From Naegleria gruberi (Eukaryota), in assembly GCA_000004985.1 (NCBI GenBank), contig GG738858.1: 64,000 bases of DNA. One strand, written 5' to 3'. Positions 43,206 to 54,192 of the stretch are shown here, in pieces. The stretch's first letter is position 1, and each line of letters begins with the position of its first letter. Made by a program: the position numbers and the translations under genes. Below the pieces are notes generated by a model that had not been told where the DNA came from, did not search any database, and saw only the letters and a list, made by a program, of their open reading frames with translations.

Positions 43206-45320
43206 ACTTGAGGTTGAGTTTCTGTTTCTTGATTATTTTCTTCAAGTGTTCCAATAGGATTTTGAGTTTCTTCTTTAGTTTCAATTTTATCGCTAAGCAC
43301 AGCTTCAATCATCTTTGCTGATGTTGGCTCACTAATATCAACAGTTGTAGGAACAGATTTTTCTGTGTCTTTTGCAGAAACTTCTGCCTTGTCTTTGCTT
43401 TCTTTGAGTCTTTTTTGTTCTGCTTTCTTTGCCAAAATAGTTGGAGAAGTTTCTTTGAGGAGGAAAATGTACATAATGATACCTATTAAGGTAAATCCAG
43501 CAAAAATAAACCAAGGAACTGCTTGACTTGTTACAGATACAACTGGAATAAAGAATAAGGAAAGTACAATAGTTGTAACCCACATTGTCAAAGTACTCAA
43601 ACCAGTTCCATAAAGGATTACTTTCTCATTCTCTCCATTGAATACTTCGTGAGCTAGAATATAACACAAAGAGCCAATACCAATATTGAATCCTAAAAGG
43701 AATATACAAATAAAAATGATTGCTAAAATGATCTTGTAATCTGTTCCATTCTCAGAAAATTGAAAAATGAATCCTCCAGCAATATCTGCCAAGAAACAAA
43801 TAGTCATCTAAAAGGGTTAAAATTGAACTCAAAACACGAAACTTACACCAACAAGAGTAAGAGTTTTTCTTCCTAACCTATCAACAAGGAAAATGTTTGG
43901 AAAGACAGTTAAAACCTGCCACATTGAAATACCAAATGATGTGAGTAGTTGATCAAGAGCATCAGTGAGACCTGCACTTTGCATTAAACTTGGGGTGAAA
44001 CTAGTTGCTGATTGAATACCAGTCCATTCCAAAGCCATCATACCATAACAACCAAGTATTAATGGAATAATGACCTTTGAACAGAATAATCTCTTCATAG
44101 CAGCAATGGCTGACATTTGCTCCTGCTTAACTTCTGCAGAGGTATTTGGATCCTTTTCTTTGTTTTCCTTAATTTCCCCAGCATTTGTTGATTGCCTCTT
44201 TTCCTCTAATTCAATATTGTTGGATGTTGATGGAGTGGTTTCCTTACTATCATTATCTTTTAAGAATTGTGGAGACTCTGGAACGATAAACAATATAAGG
44301 AAGAACAATGGAACGCTCCACAAGTTATGGAATGCATGAACAGCTCTCCACATATCAGCAAAACGAACAAAAATTGCAGCAAATGCATAACCCAATGCAA
44401 TTCCTGCAGCCACACCAAGGTTATACATGGAGCCACACAATCCTTGATACTTTGAGTATGGCAACAATTCTGCCACATACATTGAGCAAACAACAGTAGA
44501 AATTCCAGCACCTGCACCAAGGAAACAACGAAACACAATAAGGGATGCATAAGTATAAGAAGCACTTGCTCCAATAGATCCCAACATTGAAATTAGACAA
44601 CAAATAAGCATGCTTGCCTTCCTTCCCAAAAGAGATCCTGTAAACATTGAAAACAAACAACCTGCAAGACCACCAATGAAAATACTACTGGCAAACAAAC
44701 CTTGCAATAAGGTTGTTCCTAAATCTGAAGAGGTACTACTTGTAGATGAAGTGTTATTTTGTTCATTGGTCATAAATAAGGAAAGGGTGTTGGCTTGTTG
44801 AGTTCTGATTTTGAATTTGGTGCACCCACTATTCTGTTGGTTGTTCTTACTGATGACGAGCGAAGAGTGCAACAGGTTCATCAAACTCTTCATATTAAAA
44901 AGTGTCGCCAACAGTTCTTCATGATTTTGATCATTCCAAATGTTTTGTTTCGATGTGGATGATTGTTGAGAAAGTGAACGTTGGGAATCTTCTTCTGATA
45001 ATGAATGAAGCAAATGGTCATCATAGTTATAATTATTACTGATATCTACAACTATTGGTAAATCTAGAACAAATCGATCTACAAAGGATGATCGAAGGCT
45101 GGAGAAGAAGGAAGAAAAACCATTAATATTTACATTATCATAACTGGTAGAACGGATTAAAGTACCATTGGATGAGGAGGATGAATTGTTGGATGAGAAG
45201 AAGGCAGTGGTGGCACTTGAAAGACCACCTCCGATGGTTCCTAAAGCGTAACCAAATACTAAACCACCAAGAATATTGACCAGTACAAGAATAATTGCAA
45301 GAGGAATAGGTTTGGATTTG
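43202..45320 (-). CDS. Major facilitator superfamily sugar-porter-like transporter. Exons about 45320..43847 and 43807..43202, with a 39-nt intron 43808..43846 (GTAAGT..TTTTAG). The N-terminal start is unresolved (no in-frame ATG before TM1; a further 5' exon is likely).
   Basis: TM1 with GGLVFGYALGTIGG (cf. GGxLFGYDxGVISG). Loop motifs GRK, PESPQFL, VDRLGRK. 12-TM hydropathy. Splice joins ...TLTLVG|MTICFLADIAGG. Confidence 0.65.
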
Positions 45321-46524
45321 CTAATAATTATTGTTATTTGAAATGATGATGCATATTTGCAATATATGATATTAGAATTTATAATAATTTAATTATTCAT
45401 GAAATTATGTGATGACGGAATATTATGTAGCAAGATAATGATTTGGAGGAACAAAGATGACAAAATTGAAAAAAGTTGAGTTTGCATCAGCCTTTTAATG
45501 AGCAAAAACCTACACAAATGATTCATATCTTTCGATATATTTCAATCGATAGAAAAGTTTAATTGGATTTTTCATGTTTCTCAACGTAGATTTGAATAGC
45601 CTAGTGATGAGAAACAAACACTTTCAAATATATTGGAGTGCAGATACTTTTTGAGAGTCAAAAAACAGCATTTCAACGCGCCTCCTCTCTCCTTTGCATC
45701 ACTAAACATGGTTGCAGCAGAGAGAAAAAACAGACTGTTGTTTTCGGCTTCAAGAACGAATTTGTTGAAATATGTTCCGCGCCATTTTCGCCCATTTTAG
45801 AGTGCGAAATGGCTTTATTGAATACCTAACCGAAAATGCCTCCAAATATTAATATTGACCATTTAATATTTATTGTATGCTTAAATGTGCAAAATGATTG
45901 CGTATTCAATTGTATTATTCAGAAATGAATATTGGAATTTACTTGTTTTGTTGAGTGGATAACAATTGCATTTATTATCTAAATTTTACTGGTTTTGCAA
46001 CGGAAACTTTAAAATGGAGAACATTAAGGTATTTGCGACCACATATTTGATTTGGAATGAAAGGGACCTTATTAGGAGCCCTTAGCTAAAATGCTGAAAC
46101 AATAAACCAATTTTTTAGAACAAGTTTTAAGCAATTCGAAAGAGAAGGTTCATTATTCATAAGGAAGGTTTGAATCCCATAATATAACCTGCTGCCTTCT
46201 TTGCAACATATCAAAAACAAGAGAAAATCACCACGACATTATGTTAATTTGTAAACCTTAATAAGAAACTGTAGTGAAATCGATGACATTTGATATTTTC
46301 ACAAATTTTGGAAAGAACAAAACAGAAAACTACTTCCAAATCGTTCCATTAGGGCAATTTCAAACAATACGTCAAACCACAAAGGAAACAAAAGCGAGAG
46401 ATTGTGAAGGGACAGATTCTGTTCTGCCTCAGTGCTCTTTCATGAAATAAATTCATACTTTAAAGATCCCTAACAAAGCTTTGTACATTTCAATACCCAT
46501 CAAAAAACAACATTAAACCTATCA

Positions 46525-48051
46525 ATGCAACAACAACCATTTCAAAATCATCATCATCAAGGAACTGCTCCATCATATGAATCCACATTACATCCACAAC
46601 AAAATTCACAAGTAATGTTAGGAAATAATTCATCCAATAATTATTCATCCTTTTCATCGTTTAATAATTTTAATAGTGAATATAGTGGTGGAATTAACAG
46701 TTGTCCTACTCCAACACTTTCAATAACACAATTTTCCTCCTCATCCGATAAGTCTCTCCAACAACACAATACAGCTTTTTATCCTTCCAACGTTTCAACA
46801 CCATCACAATATTCCTTCCATAATAATAATAATACTAACAACACGTTTACACCTAGCCCAACCACATCAACCACTAATAATCAACATCATCATCTTCAAT
46901 ATCACAACAATAATTCCATTGGAACACAACTTGTAGATGATCAAGACTCTTTTTTTAGGCGCCATTCTTCTACTGTAAATAATAACAATTTTCAAAGCTT
47001 TGAAAAAAATAGCCAACAACATCAACAAGCTACACCATTGTTCAATAATAGCTCTTTTATTGTACAATCAAGTCTTCCTTCTGTGAATAATTTACTGAGT
47101 ACGAATGGTGGCGGAGTGAATAATTTAATTGATGAGGATATTGATGAATTGCCTCCAACGATTGATATGAGTAGAATTCGTTCTAATTCATCTCATAATC
47201 AACAACATGTTAATATTTCGAATAGATCTGTAATGAATAATGAAGGATTTATGAGTCAGACTAATTTTTCAAACTATTCCAAGAGCAAATCTCTTTCGGT
47301 GCCAACACCACCTTCTGCCTCATATCTCAGTAATCCAATGAAGAGTCAAGTTTCACCATCCTATGCTTCGAATAATCAAACGATGATAAATATGCAATAT
47401 GATATCAAGAAGACACCATCTCCATCAAACAGTACCAACTCGCAAACATTTGTTAATTCTGATATTAATCAACTTCCCTCAATACATAGCCTTACTAATG
47501 ACATGATGGACACAACCTCAAATAATAGCTCTTCATATGTACACAAACGAGGTCATTCAGATCCTACCAATCTCTCTAAAACTGTACCATACAATTTTGC
47601 TCATCGTGGAAATTTACATTTAACACAGCAACAAAACTCTCCTTCCTCTCCTTCTACACAAATGTCTTGTAACACACCTAATTTAATGAGTATAACAACA
47701 CCTGTTTCTACTCCTTCGAGTTATGTTAGTACAGCTAGATCAGTAGTTTCTCCAAATACACCTACTAACATGAGTTTGGGCAATTTGGGAAATGATAGAA
47801 CTTTCTCTCCATCCTCAAGTAATCCTCCAACTATTCAGATTACCTCTCAAAAATCAAAAACTAAGAGCGCCAGTGTGAAAAGCCCATGCTATGACCAGTT
47901 GTGGTTTAACACAAAATATAGATTTATGGGGAGGAATAAGTATACTGAATTCAAGTCAGTACAGGGTGATACTGCTTCAAACTCGGAATCTAAAATTACA
48001 AAATCAAGCAAGATGAAGAAAAATTTAAATGTCAATAGTCCAATACAATAA
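46525..48051 (+). CDS. Ser/Asn/Thr/Gln-rich low-complexity protein (508 aa), function unknown.
   Basis: Long ATG ORF with no recognisable domain. Basic C-terminus. Confidence 0.4.
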   Translation: MQQQPFQNHHHQGTAPSYESTLHPQQNSQVMLGNNSSNNYSSFSSFNNFNSEYSGGINSCPTPTLSITQFSSSSDKSLQQHNTAFYPSNVSTPSQYSFHNNNNTNNTFTPSPTTSTTNNQHHHLQYHNNNSIGTQLVDDQDSFFRRHSSTVNNNNFQSFEKNSQQHQQATPLFNNSSFIVQSSLPSVNNLLSTNGGGVNNLIDEDIDELPPTIDMSRIRSNSSHNQQHVNISNRSVMNNEGFMSQTNFSNYSKSKSLSVPTPPSASYLSNPMKSQVSPSYASNNQTMINMQYDIKKTPSPSNSTNSQTFVNSDINQLPSIHSLTNDMMDTTSNNSSSYVHKRGHSDPTNLSKTVPYNFAHRGNLHLTQQQNSPSSPSTQMSCNTPNLMSITTPVSTPSSYVSTARSVVSPNTPTNMSLGNLGNDRTFSPSSSNPPTIQITSQKSKTKSASVKSPCYDQLWFNTKYRFMGRNKYTEFKSVQGDTASNSESKITKSSKMKKNLNVNSPIQ

Positions 48052-48052
48052 A

Positions 48053-50203
48053 TCACAAGTTTAATTGTGTAAGATTAATTAAGGAATCAAAAGCATGTTT
48101 GTATCCAATAAGGGAATGATGTGAAAACAAAAATCTTGATAAGATTATTCTTTCGAATTGTTTGACATCCACCCTCTTCAAATAAAATTTCAATTCTGTT
48201 GGCACGGTTGTATGTTTTGGCTGTACATATGATCTCAAATCATGCAGTTCAAATTTAGCCAAATATGGATTTTCTTCTTCTTCCTTAATATTTTCCACAA
48301 CAGTAGTATAGACAGTCTTAACAGTAGAAACAAGAGAGGAGAAGAGGGATTTTTCTTCTTTAGGTTCTGTAGTCTTTGGAGCTTCAGCTGGGTTTTCAGG
48401 TTCTTCATCAACAAATATCTTTTCATTGAATACTGAAAATAATGCTTCGGATAGGTCTTTCTTCTTTCTATCTTTTGAATTCATCTGCTCCAAATCTGGT
48501 ATTATTAAAAAGATAGTACCTGGAGGATACAACGTAGTAATATTCGTATTCATTTCATTCATCTCATTGAGAAGTGTTGTAACTGCTTTTTTGCTTTCAG
48601 AGTTATCCATCTCGATTGTTCCATCCTCTAGACTGAGATTTACTTTCGAAGAAGATGTAATCAAGGTCTTTTTAGTTTGGAATATTGGGACATATCCCTT
48701 GTCAAGCAAAAATCCATCCAATTTAGTTGCCACATTAGCAATCTTTGAATGCTCCTCAAAGAATTTAGCTAGCTTTTCCTCCCAATTCGTTTGATTGATT
48801 TCCAATCTGAGTCTCTCCATTTGTCCAATACCAATTCTTGGTATAACATCAGCTCCAATAATGAATGTAGTTACAAATGATCGACACCAATTCGATAAAT
48901 TTTCTGAGAATACAGAACTTGATGCATAACTTATAGCTTCAATATCTGGGAGAGGAGGCTCTGGTGTAACTAGGGTTGTACCCAGTTCTCTTGTTGTAAT
49001 GTGATGAGATTTGAATCGTTTAAGGAATAATTCTCTAAGTAAAATGGCAACTACACTGGCCAATCCACCGCCATATGAGTGCCCTGTACAAATAATTCTA
49101 TAATTGGAGTAAGGATTTGTTCCATTGAATATGAAATTAAGTAAACAATCTTCAATTTTACCAATTACCCATCTTGCTGTATTGATATATCCAGCATGGA
49201 CCTTTCCTTCAATCATAGCTTCAGTAGAGTCAGTTTCACAATAATTTTCAGATGGATTTTCTGTCTGAGAACATGATTGAGCATCATCACGAACTGTCAC
49301 AGCACTGGTAAGATTTGCTGTCTTAATCAAATGTTGTCTCTTTTCCTCAGTTCTCTTATAATCTCCATAATATCTGTGAACTTTTAATGTTGAATTTTCA
49401 AGAGTTAAATTGGTAAATATATCATCGACAGATGAAGTTCCTCTCAGGGCAATAATTACAGATTTGGTCTCATGATCTAACTTTACAAAAAAGGCTTGTT
49501 GGTGTGTTGCATTCTTATTTACATAATATTGAACATTCTTTTCAAATCTAAGAGATTCCAAATAACGTAAAACTTCCTTAGTATATTTTGGTTTTCCTGA
49601 AAACCAATTGTTCCTCCTTTCATATTCCTCAAATATAGTTTTTTCAATTAAATTTCTCTCACTTTCATCAGCAACATTTGCATAAGCTAAATTAGCATAA
49701 TAAACCATTCTCTTTGCAAATAATAATTTCTCTTGTAATTCTTCATCTCTTCTTTCCTTTTCTTCCTTTTCATTGAGAATTGGAATTGAATAATTAATTC
49801 CACAATGTTCATTCCACCACTTGTATTCTTCATCGGTGGGCTCCTCCTCAGCCTTACTCCTTTCATATTCATAGGGAAAGGCTAAATCCTGAGTGATAAG
49901 ATCTTGTCTAGCATGTTCTTTAGCTAAACATCCCAAACCAAATACAATATCTCCAATAGTAAGATGTCTATAGGATGGATAGGATTCCTGCAAACATTTA
50001 GCAGTAGCAGTGATCATATCTGTTAATGATGGTGTATAATCAGTGGTTGTAGTTGAAGTACTTGAGGCGTTTGAAGAATCATTGATCCCTCCGAAATGTT
50101 TTAATACATCAATGTTTAATTCACCACTCGGAAGGTGATGTTCATGATTCTTTCTACTATATTTAAAGGTAATTGTAGTTTGAATCATTTTCAGAACAAT
50201 CAA
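48053..50203 (-). CDS. Class-3 (fungal-type) lipase domain protein, 716 aa.
   Basis: Lipase_3 signatures VIIALRGTSSVDDIFTNLTL and nucleophile elbow RIICTGHSYGGGLASVVAILL (GHSxG). Confidence 0.7.
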   Translation of the reverse strand: MIVLKMIQTTITFKYSRKNHEHHLPSGELNIDVLKHFGGINDSSNASSTSTTTTDYTPSLTDMITATAKCLQESYPSYRHLTIGDIVFGLGCLAKEHARQDLITQDLAFPYEYERSKAEEEPTDEEYKWWNEHCGINYSIPILNEKEEKERRDEELQEKLLFAKRMVYYANLAYANVADESERNLIEKTIFEEYERRNNWFSGKPKYTKEVLRYLESLRFEKNVQYYVNKNATHQQAFFVKLDHETKSVIIALRGTSSVDDIFTNLTLENSTLKVHRYYGDYKRTEEKRQHLIKTANLTSAVTVRDDAQSCSQTENPSENYCETDSTEAMIEGKVHAGYINTARWVIGKIEDCLLNFIFNGTNPYSNYRIICTGHSYGGGLASVVAILLRELFLKRFKSHHITTRELGTTLVTPEPPLPDIEAISYASSSVFSENLSNWCRSFVTTFIIGADVIPRIGIGQMERLRLEINQTNWEEKLAKFFEEHSKIANVATKLDGFLLDKGYVPIFQTKKTLITSSSKVNLSLEDGTIEMDNSESKKAVTTLLNEMNEMNTNITTLYPPGTIFLIIPDLEQMNSKDRKKKDLSEALFSVFNEKIFVDEEPENPAEAPKTTEPKEEKSLFSSLVSTVKTVYTTVVENIKEEEENPYLAKFELHDLRSYVQPKHTTVPTELKFYLKRVDVKQFERIILSRFLFSHHSLIGYKHAFDSLINLTQLNL

Positions 50204-50555
50204 TAATTAATTATATGTAATAACAATTGATTATCGGAATGAAGATGATCGGTTATTTACAAAGGTAATTTACTTCCAAATTCTTTTTATCACAATGAAT
50301 CTATTATTTGATTTAAAAGTGATGTTTGGATTAACTTTGGAAGAATTGGACTGCTTAAGAACAAGTTGTTGTGTATTTTTATTTAAATATTAACAAGTAT
50401 TAATAACTTTCAAAACGTGTTCTTAGGCAGTTGGTAAGATAATGATCATTTAATTTGAATGTTTTTAGAAAGGGAATTTCGAAAATACGTGTCGTCCTAG
50501 TAGTGAAAGATTAGGAAGATTTCTCAAGTAAGGATTTGAATGCATTGTAAAATTC

Positions 50556-51551
50556 TCAATTTTGGGAAGTGGTTGAAGATGGAGATTTGTTGACCAAGTA
50601 TTGACCATTGTAATAGCAGAGGGATGGGAGTTTGAGGTGAACAAGAGTCATTTCATCAACTCTTTGTTGGACACGTTCTGGATTTGCGAAACGACTGTGA
50701 CAGCCAATTACATTTTCATCTGCAATGACAGAGTCAACTGGAGTGATTGGATTGGATTGAAGCCATAATTCTGAAAGTGACTGTTGGCAAAATTGGGAAA
50801 TAAAGTCTAAGAGTGTTTCCAAAGGTGTTGTTATCAGATTTCCATAAAATCCTAAATGTTTGATATTTCCACATTTTCTAATTTCTTCTTCTGGAATTTC
50901 GCTAATTTGATTTGAACTCAGAGAAAGATATTCCAATTTGTTGGATGTAGCATTATCTTCAGGGAGTGGTAAGTATTGAATCTTGTTAATTCTATTAATC
51001 TTTAAATCCAATCTTCTTAAATTTTTACAATATTGCAAATCAGGATTATTCATTTCCGTAATCTTATTATTAGATAACATTAATTCACGTAAATTAACCA
51101 ATTCCTTCAATGGTGGAAATTCTGTAATATCATTACAACTCAAATTCAGCTTTACAAGTGAACTAGTTAAAACTTTCCTTCCCATCAAGGTAATTTCATT
51201 GGTTGGAAATTTAGAAAGAAAATTTCTCGAACCATAAAATTCAATAATTGGACTTGTGTCATCATGACCATCCTTTTCTTCAAGTTTAAATGTAACTCCT
51301 TCCCCATCAAATCCACGAAGATAAGTAGCAGTCAAATCCCACATAATTCCAACATCGGAACCATTCGTACATTTTCTTTGTTTAATAGTAAATATCGAAC
51401 GTGAGAGATTTTCCTCTCTTCTTGTTAGTTTGTTCTTCCCGCCATCTTCCGAATTTTCGAGTGGATGTTTTTTTGTATTTTCCTCAAGTTGGTTCTCTGC
51501 GGTTGTTGAGGTTTGTTCCTTTGGTTGTTCGCTCATTTTTTTAAAGTGCAA
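50556..51551 (-). CDS. Leucine-rich-repeat protein (LRR, SDS22-like spacing), 331 aa.
   Basis: Consecutive LxxLxLxxNxI units: LNLSCNDITEFP, LRELMLSNNKITEM, LRRLDLKINRINKI, LEYLSLSSNQISEI. Confidence 0.65.
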   Translation of the reverse strand: MHFKKMSEQPKEQTSTTAENQLEENTKKHPLENSEDGGKNKLTRREENLSRSIFTIKQRKCTNGSDVGIMWDLTATYLRGFDGEGVTFKLEEKDGHDDTSPIIEFYGSRNFLSKFPTNEITLMGRKVLTSSLVKLNLSCNDITEFPPLKELVNLRELMLSNNKITEMNNPDLQYCKNLRRLDLKINRINKIQYLPLPEDNATSNKLEYLSLSSNQISEIPEEEIRKCGNIKHLGFYGNLITTPLETLLDFISQFCQQSLSELWLQSNPITPVDSVIADENVIGCHSRFANPERVQQRVDEMTLVHLKLPSLCYYNGQYLVNKSPSSTTSQN

Positions 51552-51620
51552 ATTTAATATTGCAAATAATTAATATTTAATTAATAAATTACAACAATTG
51601 TAAATTATTAATTCAAAAAA

Positions 51621-52247
51621 ATGTTACGATTCATTACCAAGCCAAAATCACTCCTCAAAACAAGTTCCATCCTCTCCTTCGGATTTCAAAAATTCGCAAA
51701 CCTTCCTTCCAACAACAATGCAATGCTGACAACTTTCCATCACCAAGGTGAAAGAATTCGTTTCTATTGCCAGGCTTGTGAGGAATCAATTGCACCAGGA
51801 ACCCCCTATGAAGATCATCACTTGGATATTTACTTATCCAATGCGTTGGATGTTATGTTGACCGATGATAAACATGCTTTGGAAATTTTGGACTTTGTTT
51901 TATCTGCTCGACCTTCACAAGCCAACGTACTATCAAAGAAGGCTGCAATTTTATTTGGAAGAATGGATTTTAAGGAGGCTGTTGTATGTTTGGATAAATG
52001 TCTTGATTCTGTACCTCCCCATGCAAGACCTTATATTTTGGAAGATGTTATTTGTACATATAAGGGAAATTATTTTGAGGAACGATATGTGATGCACTTA
52101 ATTCAAGGAGTTTTTAGAAGACATCTTGGAGAATTGGATATTGCTATTTCTGAATTTGGAATAGCATTGTTGGATAGAGCCAATGATCCATTTGCAATTA
52201 GTTTGAGAGATGAGCTCATTGAAAAGAAGAAACAACAAACCAACTGA
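51621..52247 (+). CDS. Hypothetical 208-aa protein (N-terminus presequence-like).
   Basis: aaaaATG context and an uninterrupted ORF. No family recognised. Confidence 0.4.
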   Translation: MLRFITKPKSLLKTSSILSFGFQKFANLPSNNNAMLTTFHHQGERIRFYCQACEESIAPGTPYEDHHLDIYLSNALDVMLTDDKHALEILDFVLSARPSQANVLSKKAAILFGRMDFKEAVVCLDKCLDSVPPHARPYILEDVICTYKGNYFEERYVMHLIQGVFRRHLGELDIAISEFGIALLDRANDPFAISLRDELIEKKKQQTN

Positions 52248-52279
52248 GTGGAGTATAATAAATCCTATATGGTTTATTA

Positions 52280-54113
52280 TTATTTTGAGGATATTTGGAT
52301 TGTGATCTCCTGTCCAGTATTGACATTATTAGTTAATAGTAATTCTACATAATTCTGATGGGATTGTTGGAGAATATTCATTGAATTGCTTGGATATAAT
52401 TTAATGGAAAATCCATTCGGATAATAATATTCTCTATTCAGATAGATAACTGTTGTTTCACTTCGACAATTTTCACTAACTTTGAATGAAAATTTGAAAT
52501 CACTCGAGAGAGGATCGAATTTCATATAGGTTGGATCTCCACAAACAATTGGTACATAAGTTCTACTCAGAGCTTTGACTTTTCTTGTTTGTAATTGTCC
52601 ATTCGCTCCATAAAAACTTTCAATAGTTGGAGGTGAAGCAGCAGTTGTCATATCATTATAATACTTGAATTGCCAATAGGTCCATGATCTCAAATATTGA
52701 TCTGCTAAACTTGTCATCCAATCCAATTCGTACTCACTTTGAGTGAAATTGCTTAAAGCTCCAAATTCAGTCATGAATGCTCCAGTCTATTGTTAAGATT
52801 GTTTCAATGTACTATATATCAAAAGTGTTCTTACCTTTAATCGTTTTACATCTGATTCCTTTGCCACAACAGTGACATCATCATCAATCCTGCATGTAAA
52901 TCTACTCTTTGGGTCTCCAGTTGAGTTGACATCTCCACAATAGATATGATAAGAGTAAACTTGTTTCTCTAAATCTTGAGTGCCAAGAGGAGATTCTTCA
53001 AATCCAGATGAAAGTAGATCAGTAACAGTAGGTTCTATACCAGTTCCAAAACTTAAAGTTACTTATAACACTTACCAAAGAAAACTAAATGATTCGAATT
53101 CACTGAACGAATAGCAGAATATACTTGTTGATAAAGTGGAATTAAATTCTGACGGTCTGCCTTCCCTCTCTGATCCAAAAGTAGTGACAAATCCTCATAA
53201 ATATCACCTGGCCATGGCTCATTAATAATTCTATTCAGCCATTTAATTTCACACATCATCAATTTACAACAATAGATACTCGTTAATGAATTATTGAACA
53301 ACATATGAAACTCACTCAAGTCCTAAAACATTTTCCTCATCCTTAAAATAATTTGCAGCAACTTTCCAAAAATTTACAAATGAATCCCTTAAACCATTTA
53401 CATTATTATAAAAGTTTTGGAATGCATTTGAGGCACCCTGAGTCAAATAATAGATAAAGAATGGTTCTTTCAAACAATCTTGAATAATTGGAGCACCAGT
53501 TGTTTGATTAATTCTCAAATGAATACTTTCGAATGGAAATGGAAAAGGTTGAGGTGATTTATATTGAACAGCCCATCTAGGAAACCCCTCTCCACAAAAC
53601 AGATCACTCATCACATCTTGATGAACATCCAGAATAATCATGATATCATACTGTTGTGCATTTCTAATAATTTCCTTTAGTTTCGAAAGATATTTGTAAT
53701 CATATTGATTTCTAATAGGTTCTGTTCCTTGCCATGAAAGCATCAATCTAATCACATTAAATCCCCAATCCTTTAAATTCTGAAAATCAACATTAGTCAA
53801 TGAAGTATTCGAATTGTAATTATACAAATCAGGATAAAAAGGATAAACCTTGTAAACTGCATTCACACTATTTTCCATATGATCAATTTTTCTGATAAAT
53901 CCATTGATTAACATACCCATGGAATATTCTTGTCCTATTCAATCCATCAATAAATTGTTGATTGACCTTGTTAACTTGAACGAAACCATTCGCATTCACA
54001 ACCATGCAATCAATCATCATGACAAGTGTCATCATGAACAGAAGAACCGTTTGATTCTTCAATATTAGTTGCGACATTTTTTGAATGAAATCCCACAACT
54101 CTTTGCCATTCAT
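52280..54113 (-). CDS. Glycoside hydrolase family 5 enzyme (cellulase/endoglycoceramidase-like), about 536 aa, 5 exons: 54113..53917, 53867..53316, 53230..53076, 53034..52835, 52786..52280. Introns of 49, 85, 41 and 48 nt.
   Basis: Signal peptide. RIFHG|VNAVYKVYPFYPD. GFNVIRLMLSW. Acid/base Glu in LGLE|IINEPWPGD. SYHIY. Nucleophile Glu in TGAFMTEFGA. Donors are GTATGT/GTGAGT/GTAAGT/GTAAGA and the phases are consistent throughout. Confidence 0.7.
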
Positions 54114-54192
54114 CTGTCTTTGATTTTACCATCATCAACAAGCTATCTCTTCTGTTGTAAACTTTTTGATTTTTTAATTATTTAATAAAAAA

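Noticed and set aside
46130-46200. tRNA-like T-arm sequence ggtttgaatccc.
   Set aside because: No matching acceptor stem, D-arm or anticodon arm could be folded around it.
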